A DNA stretch of 64,000 bases from Thermodesulfobacteriota bacterium (GCA_036781285.1 DAIQBH010000004.1:5921-69920), one strand, 5' to 3'. Counted from the first letter of the stretch, positions 20,953 to 30,649 are shown. The notes: generated by a model not told the origin, from the letters alone. Translations and numbers: made by a program.

Positions 20953-22008
20953 GTGGTGGACACGGGAGGCGGCGGAGGGGTGGAGGGAACGGGCGGAGCA
21001 GGCGCCAGTCTGGCGGAGCAGGGCCGTCGCGCGGGTCTCGTGGTCGTGCCGGCACCGCCGCCGCGGCGGCGTCCACTGGTCGCGCCGCCGGCCCCGTCGG
21101 CCGAGCTGCTCGTGGCGCTCGCGAGCGCGGGCGCGAACGTGCGGATCGCCGAGCCGCTCGGACGGCACACCAGCTTTCGCATCGGCGGTCCCGCCGACGT
21201 CTTCATCGAGGTCGCGAGCCAGCCCGAGCTGATGGGCATCCTGCGGGCCTGCGTGGCGCACGCGACGCCGGTCTTCTTCCTCGGCGGCGGCACGAACCTC
21301 CTCGTGAGCGACCGCGGCGCGCGCGGCGTCGTGGTGAAGCTCGGGAAGCCGTTCGACTTCGTCGAGTGGAATCTCGGGGGCGACGTCGCGCGCTTGCGCG
21401 TCGGGGCGGCGGTGCCGTTCAAACGACTGGTCTCGCAGACGGTGGCCGAAGGATTCGCGGGCCTCGAATTCGGCGAGGGCATCCCCGGCACCGTCGGCGG
21501 GGGGCTCCTGATGAACGCGGGGGCGTTCGGCGGCGAGATCGGGCGCGTCGTCGACGCGCTCGAGGTGGTGACCGACCGGGGCGACGCGCTCGTGCTGCCG
21601 CGCGACCGTCTCGACTTCGCGTATCGCCGGCTCGATCTCCCGACACGGGCGATCGTGACCGCGGTCCGCGTGACGCTCCGGCGCGGCGAGCCCGCGGTGC
21701 TCGCGGCCGCGGTCCGCGAGGCCAAGGCGCGCCGCGACCGGCACCAGCCGAAGGGGCATCCGAACGCCGGCTCGATCTTCAAGAACCCGCCCGGGCAACC
21801 GGCCGGGAAGCTGCTCGAGGCCGTCGGTCTCAAGGGAGCGCGGCTCGGCAACGCCATGGTGTCGCTCCGGCACGCGAACTTCATCGTGAATCTCGGTGGC
21901 GCGCGGGCGTCGGACGTGAAGGGACTGATGGATCTCGCGGCGCGCGTCGTGCGCCAGCGACTCGGCGTCGAGCTCGAGCCCGAGGTGCGGTTGGTGGGGG
22001 ATTGGTGA
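20953..22008 (+). CDS. murB: UDP-N-acetylenolpyruvoylglucosamine reductase
   Basis: The FAD-binding region TSFRIGGPADVF...GGGTNLLVSD is present. The annotated start gives an unusual Gly/Pro-rich N-terminal extension of about 50 aa, so the true start may be internal. Confidence 0.8.
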   Translation: MVDTGGGGGVEGTGGAGASLAEQGRRAGLVVVPAPPPRRRPLVAPPAPSAELLVALASAGANVRIAEPLGRHTSFRIGGPADVFIEVASQPELMGILRACVAHATPVFFLGGGTNLLVSDRGARGVVVKLGKPFDFVEWNLGGDVARLRVGAAVPFKRLVSQTVAEGFAGLEFGEGIPGTVGGGLLMNAGAFGGEIGRVVDALEVVTDRGDALVLPRDRLDFAYRRLDLPTRAIVTAVRVTLRRGEPAVLAAAVREAKARRDRHQPKGHPNAGSIFKNPPGQPAGKLLEAVGLKGARLGNAMVSLRHANFIVNLGGARASDVKGLMDLAARVVRQRLGVELEPEVRLVGDW

Positions 22009-22937
22009 CGGGACGATTTCGGCGGGCGCGAGTGGCGGTGCTCCTCGGGGGGCTGTCGGCGGAGCGAGAGATTTCGGTGCAGAGCGGAACGGCGGTCGCG
22101 AAGGCCCTCCGGGGCCTGGGCTATCGCGTGACGACGGTGACGGTCGGCCGGGATCTCCCGGCGCGGCTCGCGCGGGTGCGGCCCGACGTGGCGTTCAACG
22201 CCCTGCACGGCCGATACGGCGAGGACGGCGCGGTGCAGGGTGTTCTCGAGGTGATGGCGATCCCGTACACGGGCCCGGGTCTCCTCACGAGCGCGCTCGC
22301 GATGGACAAGACGATGGCGAAGACGGTGTGGCGCTCGCAGGGGCTCCCCACACCGGCGTGGATCACCGTCGATCCGTCGGTGCGCCGGCTGCCCGCGCTC
22401 CCCGCGAAGCTGCCGCTCGTCGTGAAGCCCAACAGCGAAGGCTCGAGCGTCGGCGTGTCGATCGTCCGCCGCCGCGCCGCGCTCGGCGCCGCGGTGAAGC
22501 TCGCGGGCCGTTCCGACGCGCGCGTCGTCATCGAGGCGTACGTGCCGGGGAAGGAAGTCACCGTCGGCATCCTCGACGGCCGCGCGCTCGGCGCGCTCGA
22601 GGTCGTCGCGAAGGGCGAGTTCCACAGCTACGACGTGAAGTACACGGCGGGGCGCGAGGAGTTCTTCATGCCGGCCCGGCTGTCGAAGGCGACGACGACG
22701 CGCGTGCTCGCGCTCGCGGAGGCCGCGCACGCGGCGCTCGGCGGGGGGGCGTACAGCCGGGTCGATCTCCGGGTCGACGGCCGGAAGCCGGCGCTGATCG
22801 AGCTGAACTCGCTGCCTGGCCTCACCTCCCTGTCGTACCTGCCGCGCATCGCCGCGCACGCGGGCGTCGACTTTCCCGTTCTCTGCGAGACCATCCTCGA
22901 TCGCGCGACGCTCCACGTCCGGGAGAGCAAGCGATGA
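22005..22937 (+). CDS. ddl: D-alanine--D-alanine ligase
   Basis: VAVLLGGLSAEREISVQSG...ALHGRYGEDG. The GTG start overlaps the murB stop. Confidence 0.85.
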   Translation: MTGRFRRARVAVLLGGLSAEREISVQSGTAVAKALRGLGYRVTTVTVGRDLPARLARVRPDVAFNALHGRYGEDGAVQGVLEVMAIPYTGPGLLTSALAMDKTMAKTVWRSQGLPTPAWITVDPSVRRLPALPAKLPLVVKPNSEGSSVGVSIVRRRAALGAAVKLAGRSDARVVIEAYVPGKEVTVGILDGRALGALEVVAKGEFHSYDVKYTAGREEFFMPARLSKATTTRVLALAEAAHAALGGGAYSRVDLRVDGRKPALIELNSLPGLTSLSYLPRIAAHAGVDFPVLCETILDRATLHVRESKR

Positions 22938-23959
22938 GCCGGCCCGAGCGCCGCAAGCGCCGGCAGCTCCCGGCATGGCTCCGCCAGCGGCCGAATCTCG
23001 GCGCGATTCCGGGGGCGTTGCGGACACGCCGCGACGCGGTCAGGCTCCGCTGGCGGAAGCGGCGCGCCGCGACGCTGCTGCGCTGGCGCGCACGGCGCGA
23101 CGCGACCCGCACGCGCTGGCGGGTCCGCCGCGACACGACCCGGACACGCTGGCGCGAGCGCCGCGCGGCGTTCGTCACGAGCGCCTGGCCGGTGCGGCTG
23201 CGGATCGGGAGCGTCGTCACGGCGGTGCTGATGACGGCCGGCCTCGCGGTGCAAGAGGGTCCCCGGGCCGTGGCGGCGATCGCCGACCATCCGTATTTCG
23301 CCGTGAGCGAGATCGTCGTCACCCCGACCAAGCACGTCCGGCCGGGGGCTCTGCTCGAGTCCGCGGACCTCCGGGCGGGAACGAGCCTCTGGCGGCTCGA
23401 ACCCGCCGAGCTCGAATCCCGGCTCGAAGCGCACCCGTGGATTCGGCGCGCCGCCGTCCGGCGCGAGTTCCCGCGACGCCTCGTGGTCGACGTGGCCGAA
23501 CGCGAGCCGGTCGCGATCCTTTTCCTCGACCAGCTCTACTACGTCGACACGACCGGCACCGCGTTCGTGAAGGTCGGTGAGCGGGACCCGCTCGATCTGC
23601 CGTTCGTGACGGGGGTCGAGGCCGCCGTTCTCGCCGACGAACGGCCATACGCGCGCCACGCGATCCGGCAGGCGCTCCGCCTCCTCCGCTCGATGGCGGC
23701 CGCGGGACTTCCATTCCGCATCTCGGAGGTGCATATCGAACGAGAGCGGGGCATCACGGTATTTCCCGTCGAGCCGCGGGTGGCGCTCACCTTCGGTTGG
23801 AGCGGGTTCGGCAGCAAGCTCGGGCGGCTCGGCCGCGTGTTGCAGGATTTTCGAGGGCGTGAGCGTCAGATTCGCGAGATCGATCTGACGATGGGGACGG
23901 CGGCGGTGGTGCGGTTGCGGCAGCCGGGTGCAAAAAAGGCCAAGCGCGCGCGAGCCTGA
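22934..23959 (+). CDS. ftsQ: Cell division protein FtsQ/DivIB with an Arg-rich repeat N-terminus
   Basis: A POTRA-like region (YFAVSEIVV...) with dcw synteny. The ATG is in an ATGA overlap with the ddl stop. Confidence 0.75.
   Translation: MSRPERRKRRQLPAWLRQRPNLGAIPGALRTRRDAVRLRWRKRRAATLLRWRARRDATRTRWRVRRDTTRTRWRERRAAFVTSAWPVRLRIGSVVTAVLMTAGLAVQEGPRAVAAIADHPYFAVSEIVVTPTKHVRPGALLESADLRAGTSLWRLEPAELESRLEAHPWIRRAAVRREFPRRLVVDVAEREPVAILFLDQLYYVDTTGTAFVKVGERDPLDLPFVTGVEAAVLADERPYARHAIRQALRLLRSMAAAGLPFRISEVHIERERGITVFPVEPRVALTFGWSGFGSKLGRLGRVLQDFRGRERQIREIDLTMGTAAVVRLRQPGAKKAKRARA
23048..23175 (+). repeat. Four tandem ~33-nt direct repeats (CGCTGGCG...) inside the ftsQ 5' region, encoding RWRxRRDxTRT units
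   Basis: The repeat is visible both in the DNA and in the peptide LRWRKRRAATLLRWRARRDATRTRWRVRRDTTRTRWRERRAA. Confidence 0.5.
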
Positions 23960-23985
23960 TTCGCCGGCGGGATTGTGAGGCGGGG

Positions 23986-25215
23986 ATGACGAAGCGGACC
24001 GGTATGGTGGCGGCCCTCGATCTCGGCACGGCGAAGACCTGCGTCGTCGTCGGCGCGGTGAGCGAGCACGGCATCGAGGTGTGCGGGCTCGGCGAGGCGC
24101 CGTCGCGCGGCCTCCGGAAGGGCGTGATCGTGCACGTGCAGTCGACCGTGCAGGCGATCCGGAAGGCCGTCGAGGAAGCCGAGGCCATGGCGGGATGCGA
24201 GATCCGTCACGTGACGGCGAGCATCGGCGGTGGTCACATCCGCGGCCTCTCGAGCCACGGCGTCGTCGCGGTGCGGAACGGCGAGGTGTCCGCGGGCGAC
24301 CTGAATCGCGTGCTCGATGCCGCGCGCGCCGTCGCGGTGCCGGCGGATCGCGAGGTCCTCCACGTACTGCCCCAGGAGTACATCATCGACGACCAGGAGG
24401 GTCTGAAAGAGCCGATCGGGATCGCCGGCGTCCGGCTCGAGGCCAAGGTCCACGTCGTGACCTCGCAGGTTTCGGCGGCGCAAAATCTCGTGAAGTGCTG
24501 CAAGCAGGCCGGGCTCGTGGTCGACGACGTCGTGCTCGGCGCGCTCGCGTCCGCCGACGCCGTGCTGACCCCGGAGGAAAAGGACCTCGGCGTGGCCCTG
24601 GTCGACGTCGGCGCCGGCACGACGGACGTCGTCATCTTCCACGCCGGCGCCGTCCGGCACACCGCGAGCCTGCCGCTCGGCGGCCAGCACCTCACGAACG
24701 ACATCGCGGCGGGCCTCCGGACCCCGACGGCCGAGGCGGAGAAGATCAAGCAGCGCTTCGGGTGCGCGCGGGCGGCGGTCGTCGAGCGGCACGTCGAGAT
24801 CGAGGTGCCGAGCGTCGGCAACCGCGACCCCCGCGTCCTCTCGCGCCACATCCTCTGCGAGATCATCGAGCCGCGGGTCGAGGAGATCTTCCAGCTCGTC
24901 GCGCGCGAGATCATCCGCTCGGGGTACGAGGAGGTGCTCGCCTCGGGGGTCGTGCTCGTCGGGGGCACGGTGCTGTTGGATCACATCGGAGACGTCGCCG
25001 AACAGGTGCTGCGGCTGCCGGTGCGGATCGGCGTGCCGCACCACGTGCATGCGCTCGCGGATCTCGTCGCGAGTCCGATCCACGCGGCGTCGATCGGGCT
25101 CTTGCTCGCGGGTGGGAATGGTGGGAAGCCGGTGCGACTGCATGCGGGGCGCGCCGACGGACTCCTCGGTCGCGTGCGTCACCGGATGGGAGAGTGGCTG
25201 CGGGATTTTTTTTGA
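23986..25215 (+). CDS. ftsA: Cell division protein FtsA
   Basis: An actin-like ATPase (VAALDLGTAKTCVVVG...). Confidence 0.9.
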   Translation: MTKRTGMVAALDLGTAKTCVVVGAVSEHGIEVCGLGEAPSRGLRKGVIVHVQSTVQAIRKAVEEAEAMAGCEIRHVTASIGGGHIRGLSSHGVVAVRNGEVSAGDLNRVLDAARAVAVPADREVLHVLPQEYIIDDQEGLKEPIGIAGVRLEAKVHVVTSQVSAAQNLVKCCKQAGLVVDDVVLGALASADAVLTPEEKDLGVALVDVGAGTTDVVIFHAGAVRHTASLPLGGQHLTNDIAAGLRTPTAEAEKIKQRFGCARAAVVERHVEIEVPSVGNRDPRVLSRHILCEIIEPRVEEIFQLVAREIIRSGYEEVLASGVVLVGGTVLLDHIGDVAEQVLRLPVRIGVPHHVHALADLVASPIHAASIGLLLAGGNGGKPVRLHAGRADGLLGRVRHRMGEWLRDFF

Positions 25216-25392
25216 GCGTGCGACACCTCGTCGCGATCACGCGGGGCGAAATTGCGTGACAGCGATTTTGAATTGCGGTACAGGGGGTGAGGCATGAAGC
25301 GGCGGCAGGGACGTGGGAATGGTGGGAGAGACGGCGCCAGCTCGCCCAGGAGTGACAGCCGTCCTGTCCAGGTTGTTGAAGGAGGTGGGGTG

Positions 25393-26661
25393 ATGCAAGA
25401 GATCGATGGCGTCCAGCTGGGCGCGCGTATCAAGGTCGTCGGCGTCGGCGGCGGTGGCGGCAACGCGGTCAACACGATGATCGCGGCCGGTCTCCAGGGC
25501 GTCGACTTCATGACCGCCAACACCGATGCGCAGGCGCTGAAGGCGAACCTGGCGTCGGTGAAGCTCCAGCTCGGCACCGCCTTCACCAAGGGGCTCGGGG
25601 CCGGCGGCAACCCTGACGTCGGCCGCAAGGCGGCGACGGAAGACGTCGAGCGCATCCGCGAGGTCTTGAGCGGCGCCGACATGGTGTTCGTGACCGCCGG
25701 CATGGGCGGCGGCACCGGAACCGGTGGAGCGCCGGTCGTCGCGCGGGTCGCTCGCGAGCTCGGCGCGCTCACGGTCGGCGTCGTGACGAAGCCCTTCCAC
25801 TTCGAGGGCAAGAAGCGCGGGCGTCAGGCCGAAGAAGGCATGCGCGAGCTCAAGGCGAACGTCGACACGCTGATCGCCATCCCGAACCAACGCCTCCTCG
25901 CCGTCGCCGGCCGGAACATGTCGATCCTCGAGACCTTCAAGAAGGCCGATGACGTCCTCCTCCAGGCGGTGCGCGGCATCTCCGACCTCATCACCGTCCA
26001 CGGTCTCATCAACCTCGACTTCAACGACGTTCGCACGATCATGTCCGAGATGGGCATGGCCCTCATGGGCGCCGCCGTAGCGAGCGGCGAGGACCGCGCC
26101 GTCGAGGCCGCCCAGAAGGCGATCTCGAGCCCGCTCCTCGAAGACGTCTCGATCCAGGGCGCGCGCGGCGTCCTCATCAACATCACCGGTGGCCCCGACC
26201 TCACGATCCACGAGGTCAACGAGGCCGCGACCCTCATTCAGGAAGAGGCCGACGACGAGGCCAACATCATCTTCGGCGCCGTCATCGACGAGAGCCTCCA
26301 CGACCAGATTCGCATCACGGTCATCGCGACCGGCTTCGGCGAGCCGCGTGAAGAGGTGAAGCGTCCCCCGACCGCCTCGGCGCAGCCGGCGGTGGCAGCT
26401 CCGGTGCAGCAGGCGGCCCCAGCTGCCGCCCCGTCGGCACCGCGCATGGCCTTCACGCGTGAGCCGGTGCGCGAGGCGGCGCAGACGGCCGCGGCGACCG
26501 CCCGCAAGGTCGTTCGCGTCGGCGGCATCAACGATCTCGACGGAACGATGTGGACGCGCGCGAACGGCGGTGGCGAGCGTGGCGAGCCCATCTCCCTCAC
26601 GGTCCCCGAGGACGACGACAGCCTCGACATCCCGACGTTCCTCCGGAAGCAAGCCGACTAG
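25393..26661 (+). CDS. ftsZ: Cell division GTPase FtsZ
   Basis: [13 protein letters not shown] tubulin signature and [17 protein letters not shown]. The ATG at 25393 is preceded by GGAGGTG, and the track ORF is extended upstream. Confidence 0.9.
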   Translation: MQEIDGVQLGARIKVVGVGGGGGNAVNTMIAAGLQGVDFMTANTDAQALKANLASVKLQLGTAFTKGLGAGGNPDVGRKAATEDVERIREVLSGADMVFVTAGMGGGTGTGGAPVVARVARELGALTVGVVTKPFHFEGKKRGRQAEEGMRELKANVDTLIAIPNQRLLAVAGRNMSILETFKKADDVLLQAVRGISDLITVHGLINLDFNDVRTIMSEMGMALMGAAVASGEDRAVEAAQKAISSPLLEDVSIQGARGVLINITGGPDLTIHEVNEAATLIQEEADDEANIIFGAVIDESLHDQIRITVIATGFGEPREEVKRPPTASAQPAVAAPVQQAAPAAAPSAPRMAFTREPVREAAQTAAATARKVVRVGGINDLDGTMWTRANGGGERGEPISLTVPEDDDSLDIPTFLRKQAD

Positions 26662-26679
26662 TCGATTTCGTCCCCGTGC

Positions 26680-26706
26680 GATCGGCGGGCTCGTTGCCCG
26701 CCGATC
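26680..26706 (+). terminator. Perfect 11-bp stem hairpin downstream of ftsZ
   Basis: GATCGGCGGGC-tcgtt-GCCCGCCGATC. Confidence 0.45.
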
Positions 26707-26766
26707 CTCCGATTGGCGAGTGCGAGCCGGCGAGCTCGAGATCGCCGGTCGCGGATCACCAACCTC

Positions 26767-26791
26767 GGGGCGCGGAGTCCATCCGCGCCCC
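26767..26791 (-). terminator. 10-bp stem hairpin downstream of the GreA-like gene
   Basis: GGGGCGCGGA-gtcca-TCCGCGCCCC. Confidence 0.4.
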
Positions 26792-26801
26792 TCGCGCCCC
26801 C

Positions 26802-27311
26802 TCACCCTCCCTCGTAGTCGATAGCGACGACCTCCAGCGCTTCCTCGCCGTTCGTCGTGTGCAGCTTGCCGATGTCCCCGGTCTGTAGCCCTGTGAGCGC
26901 GCGCGCGAGCGGAGCCAGGAACGCGATGCGTCCGTGCGCGGGGTCGGCTTCGTCGACGCCGACGATCGTCCAGCGCGCGGTCGTTCCGTCCTCGCGAAGG
27001 ACGGTCACGGTCGCGCCGAACCGCACCTCGTCGTGCGACTGTCGCCGCGGGTCGACGAGCTGCGCGCTCGCGATCCGTTCGCCGAGCGCCGCCGCGCGGG
27101 CGGCGTTGCGTGCGAGCTTGCGCGCACGATCGCCGTCCTCGGCCGCTGCCGTGAGCGCTCGGCGCTCTCGATCGAGCCCCGCGAGCTCGGTGCGCAACAG
27201 CTCGAGGCCGCGCGCGGTGACGTAGTTCGGGACGCCGGCCGGCAGCGGTGCGCGCGGCGGGACGACGATCGGATCGTCCGGAGCCTCTTCGCTCGTGAAC
27301 GCTTTGCTCAC
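26802..27311 (-). CDS. GreA/GreB-family elongation factor homologue (Rnk-like, about 169 aa)
   Basis: VSKAFTSEE... at the N-terminus and a C-terminal FKBP-like GreA domain (FGATVTVLREDGTTARWTIVGVDEADP). Trimmed to the GTG start at 27311. Confidence 0.75.
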   Translation of the reverse strand: MSKAFTSEEAPDDPIVVPPRAPLPAGVPNYVTARGLELLRTELAGLDRERRALTAAAEDGDRARKLARNAARAAALGERIASAQLVDPRRQSHDEVRFGATVTVLREDGTTARWTIVGVDEADPAHGRIAFLAPLARALTGLQTGDIGKLHTTNGEEALEVVAIDYEGG

Positions 27312-27383
27312 GACGCGATTTTGACGATTGAGGCCGTAGTTGTCAGCTGGTAGCGTTCGCCGACGTCGTCGAGGAGGGTCTGA

Positions 27384-27602
27384 GTGAATCATCCACAAAG
27401 GAAGCAAACGATCAGCTGTGACAATCTGAATCATCGCCGCGCCAATGCGCCGGTCGCGCATTGTCCGCAGTGCGGCGGGGTCGTGAACCAGAGTCTCAGC
27501 GGCGCCGCGCGCTGCGACGACGCGCGCCATCTCGCGGCGCGGCGCACGTTCGCAGCGTACTGCATCCAATGCGGAACGCAGCTGATCGCCCCGCTCAAGT
27601 AG
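27384..27602 (+). CDS. Possible 72-aa zinc-ribbon micro-protein (CPQCGG...CIQCG)
   Basis: The 3' two-thirds has strong GC3 bias, but the 5' 60 nt are AT-rich. It competes with the N-terminus of track ORF 27461..28096. Confidence 0.3.
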   Translation: MNHPQRKQTISCDNLNHRRANAPVAHCPQCGGVVNQSLSGAARCDDARHLAARRTFAAYCIQCGTQLIAPLK

Positions 27603-27658
27603 CCGTTCGTCTCCCACGCGAGGTCGAGCGCGACCCGCGTCATGGCACCGTTCTTCGG

Positions 27659-28096
27659 GTGCTCGCCGCCGACAGCCGGCGGCTCTGGCCCGGCGCGATC
27701 CTCGAAGCGCCGGTCGTTCCGCTGACCGCCGAGCTTCGTGCCGCGCTGGGAAATCCCGCGGTGCGGAGCGCGCTCGTCCGCGGACTCGAGGCGGCGCAAT
27801 CCGCCCTGGCCGGCGAGGCCCGGGGCCTCGCCGCGTCGCCGGCTGCGGCCCCCGAGCCGCGGGTATCGCGTCTTCTCCTGGCGGCGAACGACGGGGCCGA
27901 GCGCTTGTACCGTCAGATCGAGCGGCTCGCCCGGGAGCACGCTCCGCGGGTGCTGGTGTGCCTCCTCGATGTGCCGAGCGCGACCCTCGGGGAGCTCCTC
28001 TTTGGGCCCGGCGCGGCCGCCAAGGTCGTCCTCACGAGCCACAAGGACGCCGTCACGCGCCTGCTCCTGGCGCTCGCCCCGCCGGCCAAGTCCTAG
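27659..28096 (+). CDS. Hypothetical protein upstream of motA
   Basis: A moderate-complexity ORF. The Arg-rich 5' part of the track ORF looks artefactual, so I trimmed it to the in-frame GTG at 27659. The start is uncertain. Confidence 0.45.
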   Translation: MLAADSRRLWPGAILEAPVVPLTAELRAALGNPAVRSALVRGLEAAQSALAGEARGLAASPAAAPEPRVSRLLLAANDGAERLYRQIERLAREHAPRVLVCLLDVPSATLGELLFGPGAAAKVVLTSHKDAVTRLLLALAPPAKS

Positions 28097-28184
28097 TCCT
28101 CGCGGTATCTCAAGTTACGCCCCCCGACGGCCGACATCCTGTCGCGAGCGCGATGACATTCGCGCGGTTCGCACGGCACATCGC

Positions 28185-29045
28185 ATGTTCACCATCATTG
28201 GACTCGTCGTCGTCATGGGCTGCGTCATCGGCGGCTTCGCTTACATCAACGGCCCGATGCACGTGCTCTTCCAGCCGGGCGAGCTCATCATCATCGGCGG
28301 CGCCGGCATCGGTTCGCTCTTGATCTCCGCTCCGGGCAAGTCTCTCAGCGGGGTGATGGGGGGGTTCAAGACCGCTTTCGCGGGCTCGACGCCGACGAAG
28401 AGCGACTACCTCGATCTCCTCAAGATGCAGTACGAGGTCTTCCAGTTCATGCGGAAGAACGGCGCCGTCGCGCTCGACGAGCACGTCCAGGACTTCCACA
28501 AGAGCGCCATCTTCTCGAAGTACCCGAGCTTCCTGAAGAACCATCACGCCGAGTCGTTCATGCGCGACGCCTTGAAGCAGATCGTGAACGGCACCGCGTC
28601 GGCGGAGGAGCTCGATACCCTCCTCGACACCGAGCTCGACACGCACCACGAAGAGCACATGATTCCGGTCGGCCTGATCCAGAAGGTCGGCGATGCGTTT
28701 CCGGCTCTCGGGATCGTCGCCGCCGTTCTCGGCATCATCGTGACGATGGGGTCGCTCGACGCCGGCCCGGAAGAAATCGGCCATCACATCGGCGCAGCGC
28801 TCGTCGGAACGTTCCTCGGAGTGCTCTTGTCGTACGGCGTGTTCGGCCCGATCGCGACCAACATCGAGGTCCAAGGTGCCGCCGCGGCCAAGTATCTGCG
28901 GTGCATCAAGGACGGCCTCGTCGCGTCGCAGCGAGGAACGTCGCCGATCGTGGCGATCGAGTTCGCGCGCAAGGCCATCTTCGAAAGCGTGCGTCCGACG
29001 AGCGATGAGCTCGACGAAGCGGTGCGCGCCCTCAAGAGCGCCTGA
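28185..29045 (+). CDS. motA: Flagellar-type stator protein MotA (MotA/TolQ/ExbB family)
   Basis: Aligns along its full length to E. coli MotA (MFTIIGLVVVMGCVIGGF...; AFPALGIVAAVLGII...; PIVAIEFARKAIF). Confidence 0.9.
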   Translation: MFTIIGLVVVMGCVIGGFAYINGPMHVLFQPGELIIIGGAGIGSLLISAPGKSLSGVMGGFKTAFAGSTPTKSDYLDLLKMQYEVFQFMRKNGAVALDEHVQDFHKSAIFSKYPSFLKNHHAESFMRDALKQIVNGTASAEELDTLLDTELDTHHEEHMIPVGLIQKVGDAFPALGIVAAVLGIIVTMGSLDAGPEEIGHHIGAALVGTFLGVLLSYGVFGPIATNIEVQGAAAAKYLRCIKDGLVASQRGTSPIVAIEFARKAIFESVRPTSDELDEAVRALKSA

Positions 29046-29932
29046 TGTCGGCCAAAGCCCAGCCCCAGGTCGTCGTCCGCTGGAAGAAGAAGAAGGGACA
29101 CGGCGGCGGTCACCACGGCGGCGCGTGGAAGGTCGCGTATGCCGACTTCATCACCACGCTGTTCGCGCTGTTCTTGGTGCTCTGGCTGCTGAGCCAGGCC
29201 GATCTGAAGCTCCGCCAAGAGATCGCGCGCTACTTCCGGAACGCGGGCGTACAATCCGGCGGGTCCATGCTCGGCGACAAGTTCCAGCAGGCGCGGACGA
29301 ACGACGTCCGGCCGCTCGAGGCCTCGCTGACGATCGTGCAGGGCTCCGGGGAAGAGCTCCAGGCGCTGCGCGGCCACGCCAAGGAGATCCAGGAAGCGCT
29401 CGAGCGAGGAGCCGAGTTCGGGGCCATCAAGGATCACGTGCGGATCGAGGTGACGGCGGAAGGTCTCGAGATCCAGATCGTCGACTCGGGCAGCAGCGGC
29501 AAGAAGGGCCTGCTCTTCGACCTCTCCAGCTCGGCGTTGAAGCCGGAGCTCGTGGCGCTCTTGAAGGAGCTCGCCGGCCACCTGAAGGAGCTGCCGAATC
29601 ACATCGAGATCGGCGGACACACCGATGCCCGGCCGTTCGCCGCGAACGCGGCGCAGAGCAACTGGGATCTGTCGTTCGCGCGCGCGAACAACGCGCGCGC
29701 CGTGCTCGAGCAGGCGGGCATCCGCGCGAACCAGATCCTCCGTATCAGTGCCTACGGCTCCGAGAGGCCGCTGAACGCGGCCGATCCCATGGCCGACGAG
29801 AACCGCCGGCTGAGCATCCTCGCGCGGCGCGAGAAGGCCGCCAAGACGGACGAGGCCGGGCCGGCATCGGTCGGCTTCGGCGGGCAGCCGGTCGCTCCGC
29901 CCATCGTCCAGCCGGGCACGCCGCCGGTCTGA
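29045..29932 (+). CDS. motB: MotB with an OmpA-like peptidoglycan-binding domain
   Basis: GGAWKVAYADFITTLFALFLVLW and GHTDARPF...NWDLSFARANNARAVL. The ATG overlaps the motA stop. Confidence 0.9.
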   Translation: MSAKAQPQVVVRWKKKKGHGGGHHGGAWKVAYADFITTLFALFLVLWLLSQADLKLRQEIARYFRNAGVQSGGSMLGDKFQQARTNDVRPLEASLTIVQGSGEELQALRGHAKEIQEALERGAEFGAIKDHVRIEVTAEGLEIQIVDSGSSGKKGLLFDLSSSALKPELVALLKELAGHLKELPNHIEIGGHTDARPFAANAAQSNWDLSFARANNARAVLEQAGIRANQILRISAYGSERPLNAADPMADENRRLSILARREKAAKTDEAGPASVGFGGQPVAPPIVQPGTPPV

Positions 29933-29944
29933 TCACCGTCGCGC

Positions 29945-30649
29945 TCAGGCGAGATCGAACAGCAGTATCTCGTTGTCGACCGCGGTGCCCGCCGCGATCG
30001 ATACGTGGCCCTCGTCACTGAGCGCCGCACCGTCCCCGGCCGTCAGCGGCTCCCCGTTGACGGTGACCGACCCCCGCACCACCTGCACCCAGGAGTGCCG
30101 GCCCGGCGCGAGCTGGTGGCTCACGCGTTCAGCCGGTGCGAGCAGGCTCGCGTACAGTGCCACGTCCTGGTGGATGGTGACCGCACCCTCGCGCCCGTCG
30201 GGCGCGCCGACGAGGCGGAGTCGTCCGCGTTTCTCCTCGGCTGGAAACGCCCGTTGCTCGTAGCTCGGCGCACCGCCCGTCTTCGCCGGGAGGAGCCAGA
30301 TCTGGAGCAGGTGCACGGGATCCGTGGCCGAGGCGTTCTGCTCGCTGTGCGTGATCCCCGTTCCCGCGCTCATCCGTTGCACGTCGTCGGGACGGATCGT
30401 CGAGCCGTTCCCCATGCTGTCCCGATGGGCGAGGGCACCGGCGAGCACGTACGTGACGATCTCCATGTCGCGGTGCGGGTGCGTGCCGAAGCCGCCGCCT
30501 CCGCGGACGACGTCCTCGTTGATGACGCGAAGCGCGCGAAACCCCATGTGCTTCGGGTCGTGGTACTCGCCGAACGAGAAGGTGTGGCGGGTGTCGAGCC
30601 AGCCGAAGTCGAAGTGGCCGCGGTCGCGGGATCGCCTGATGGTGAGCAT
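29945..30649 (-). CDS. Pirin-family (cupin) protein
   Basis: MLTIRRSRDRGHFDFGWLDTRHTFSFGEYHDP and GFGTHPHRDMEIVTYV. Confidence 0.85.
   Translation of the reverse strand: MLTIRRSRDRGHFDFGWLDTRHTFSFGEYHDPKHMGFRALRVINEDVVRGGGGFGTHPHRDMEIVTYVLAGALAHRDSMGNGSTIRPDDVQRMSAGTGITHSEQNASATDPVHLLQIWLLPAKTGGAPSYEQRAFPAEEKRGRLRLVGAPDGREGAVTIHQDVALYASLLAPAERVSHQLAPGRHSWVQVVRGSVTVNGEPLTAGDGAALSDEGHVSIAAGTAVDNEILLFDLA

Noticed and set aside
10239-23027. A series of long minus-strand ORFs (653, 538, 495, 474, 624, 913 and 760 aa) opposite the dcw cluster
   Set aside because: All are antisense to conserved mur/fts genes and carry extreme Arg/Pro/Gly/Ser bias. They are typical spurious open frames of a ~70% GC genome.
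25237-26805. A 522-aa minus-strand ORF opposite ftsZ, and a 455-aa + ORF starting at 25294
   Set aside because: The first is antisense to ftsZ. The second is an N-terminal over-extension, and the real ftsZ start is the ATG at 25393 with a GGAGGTG RBS.
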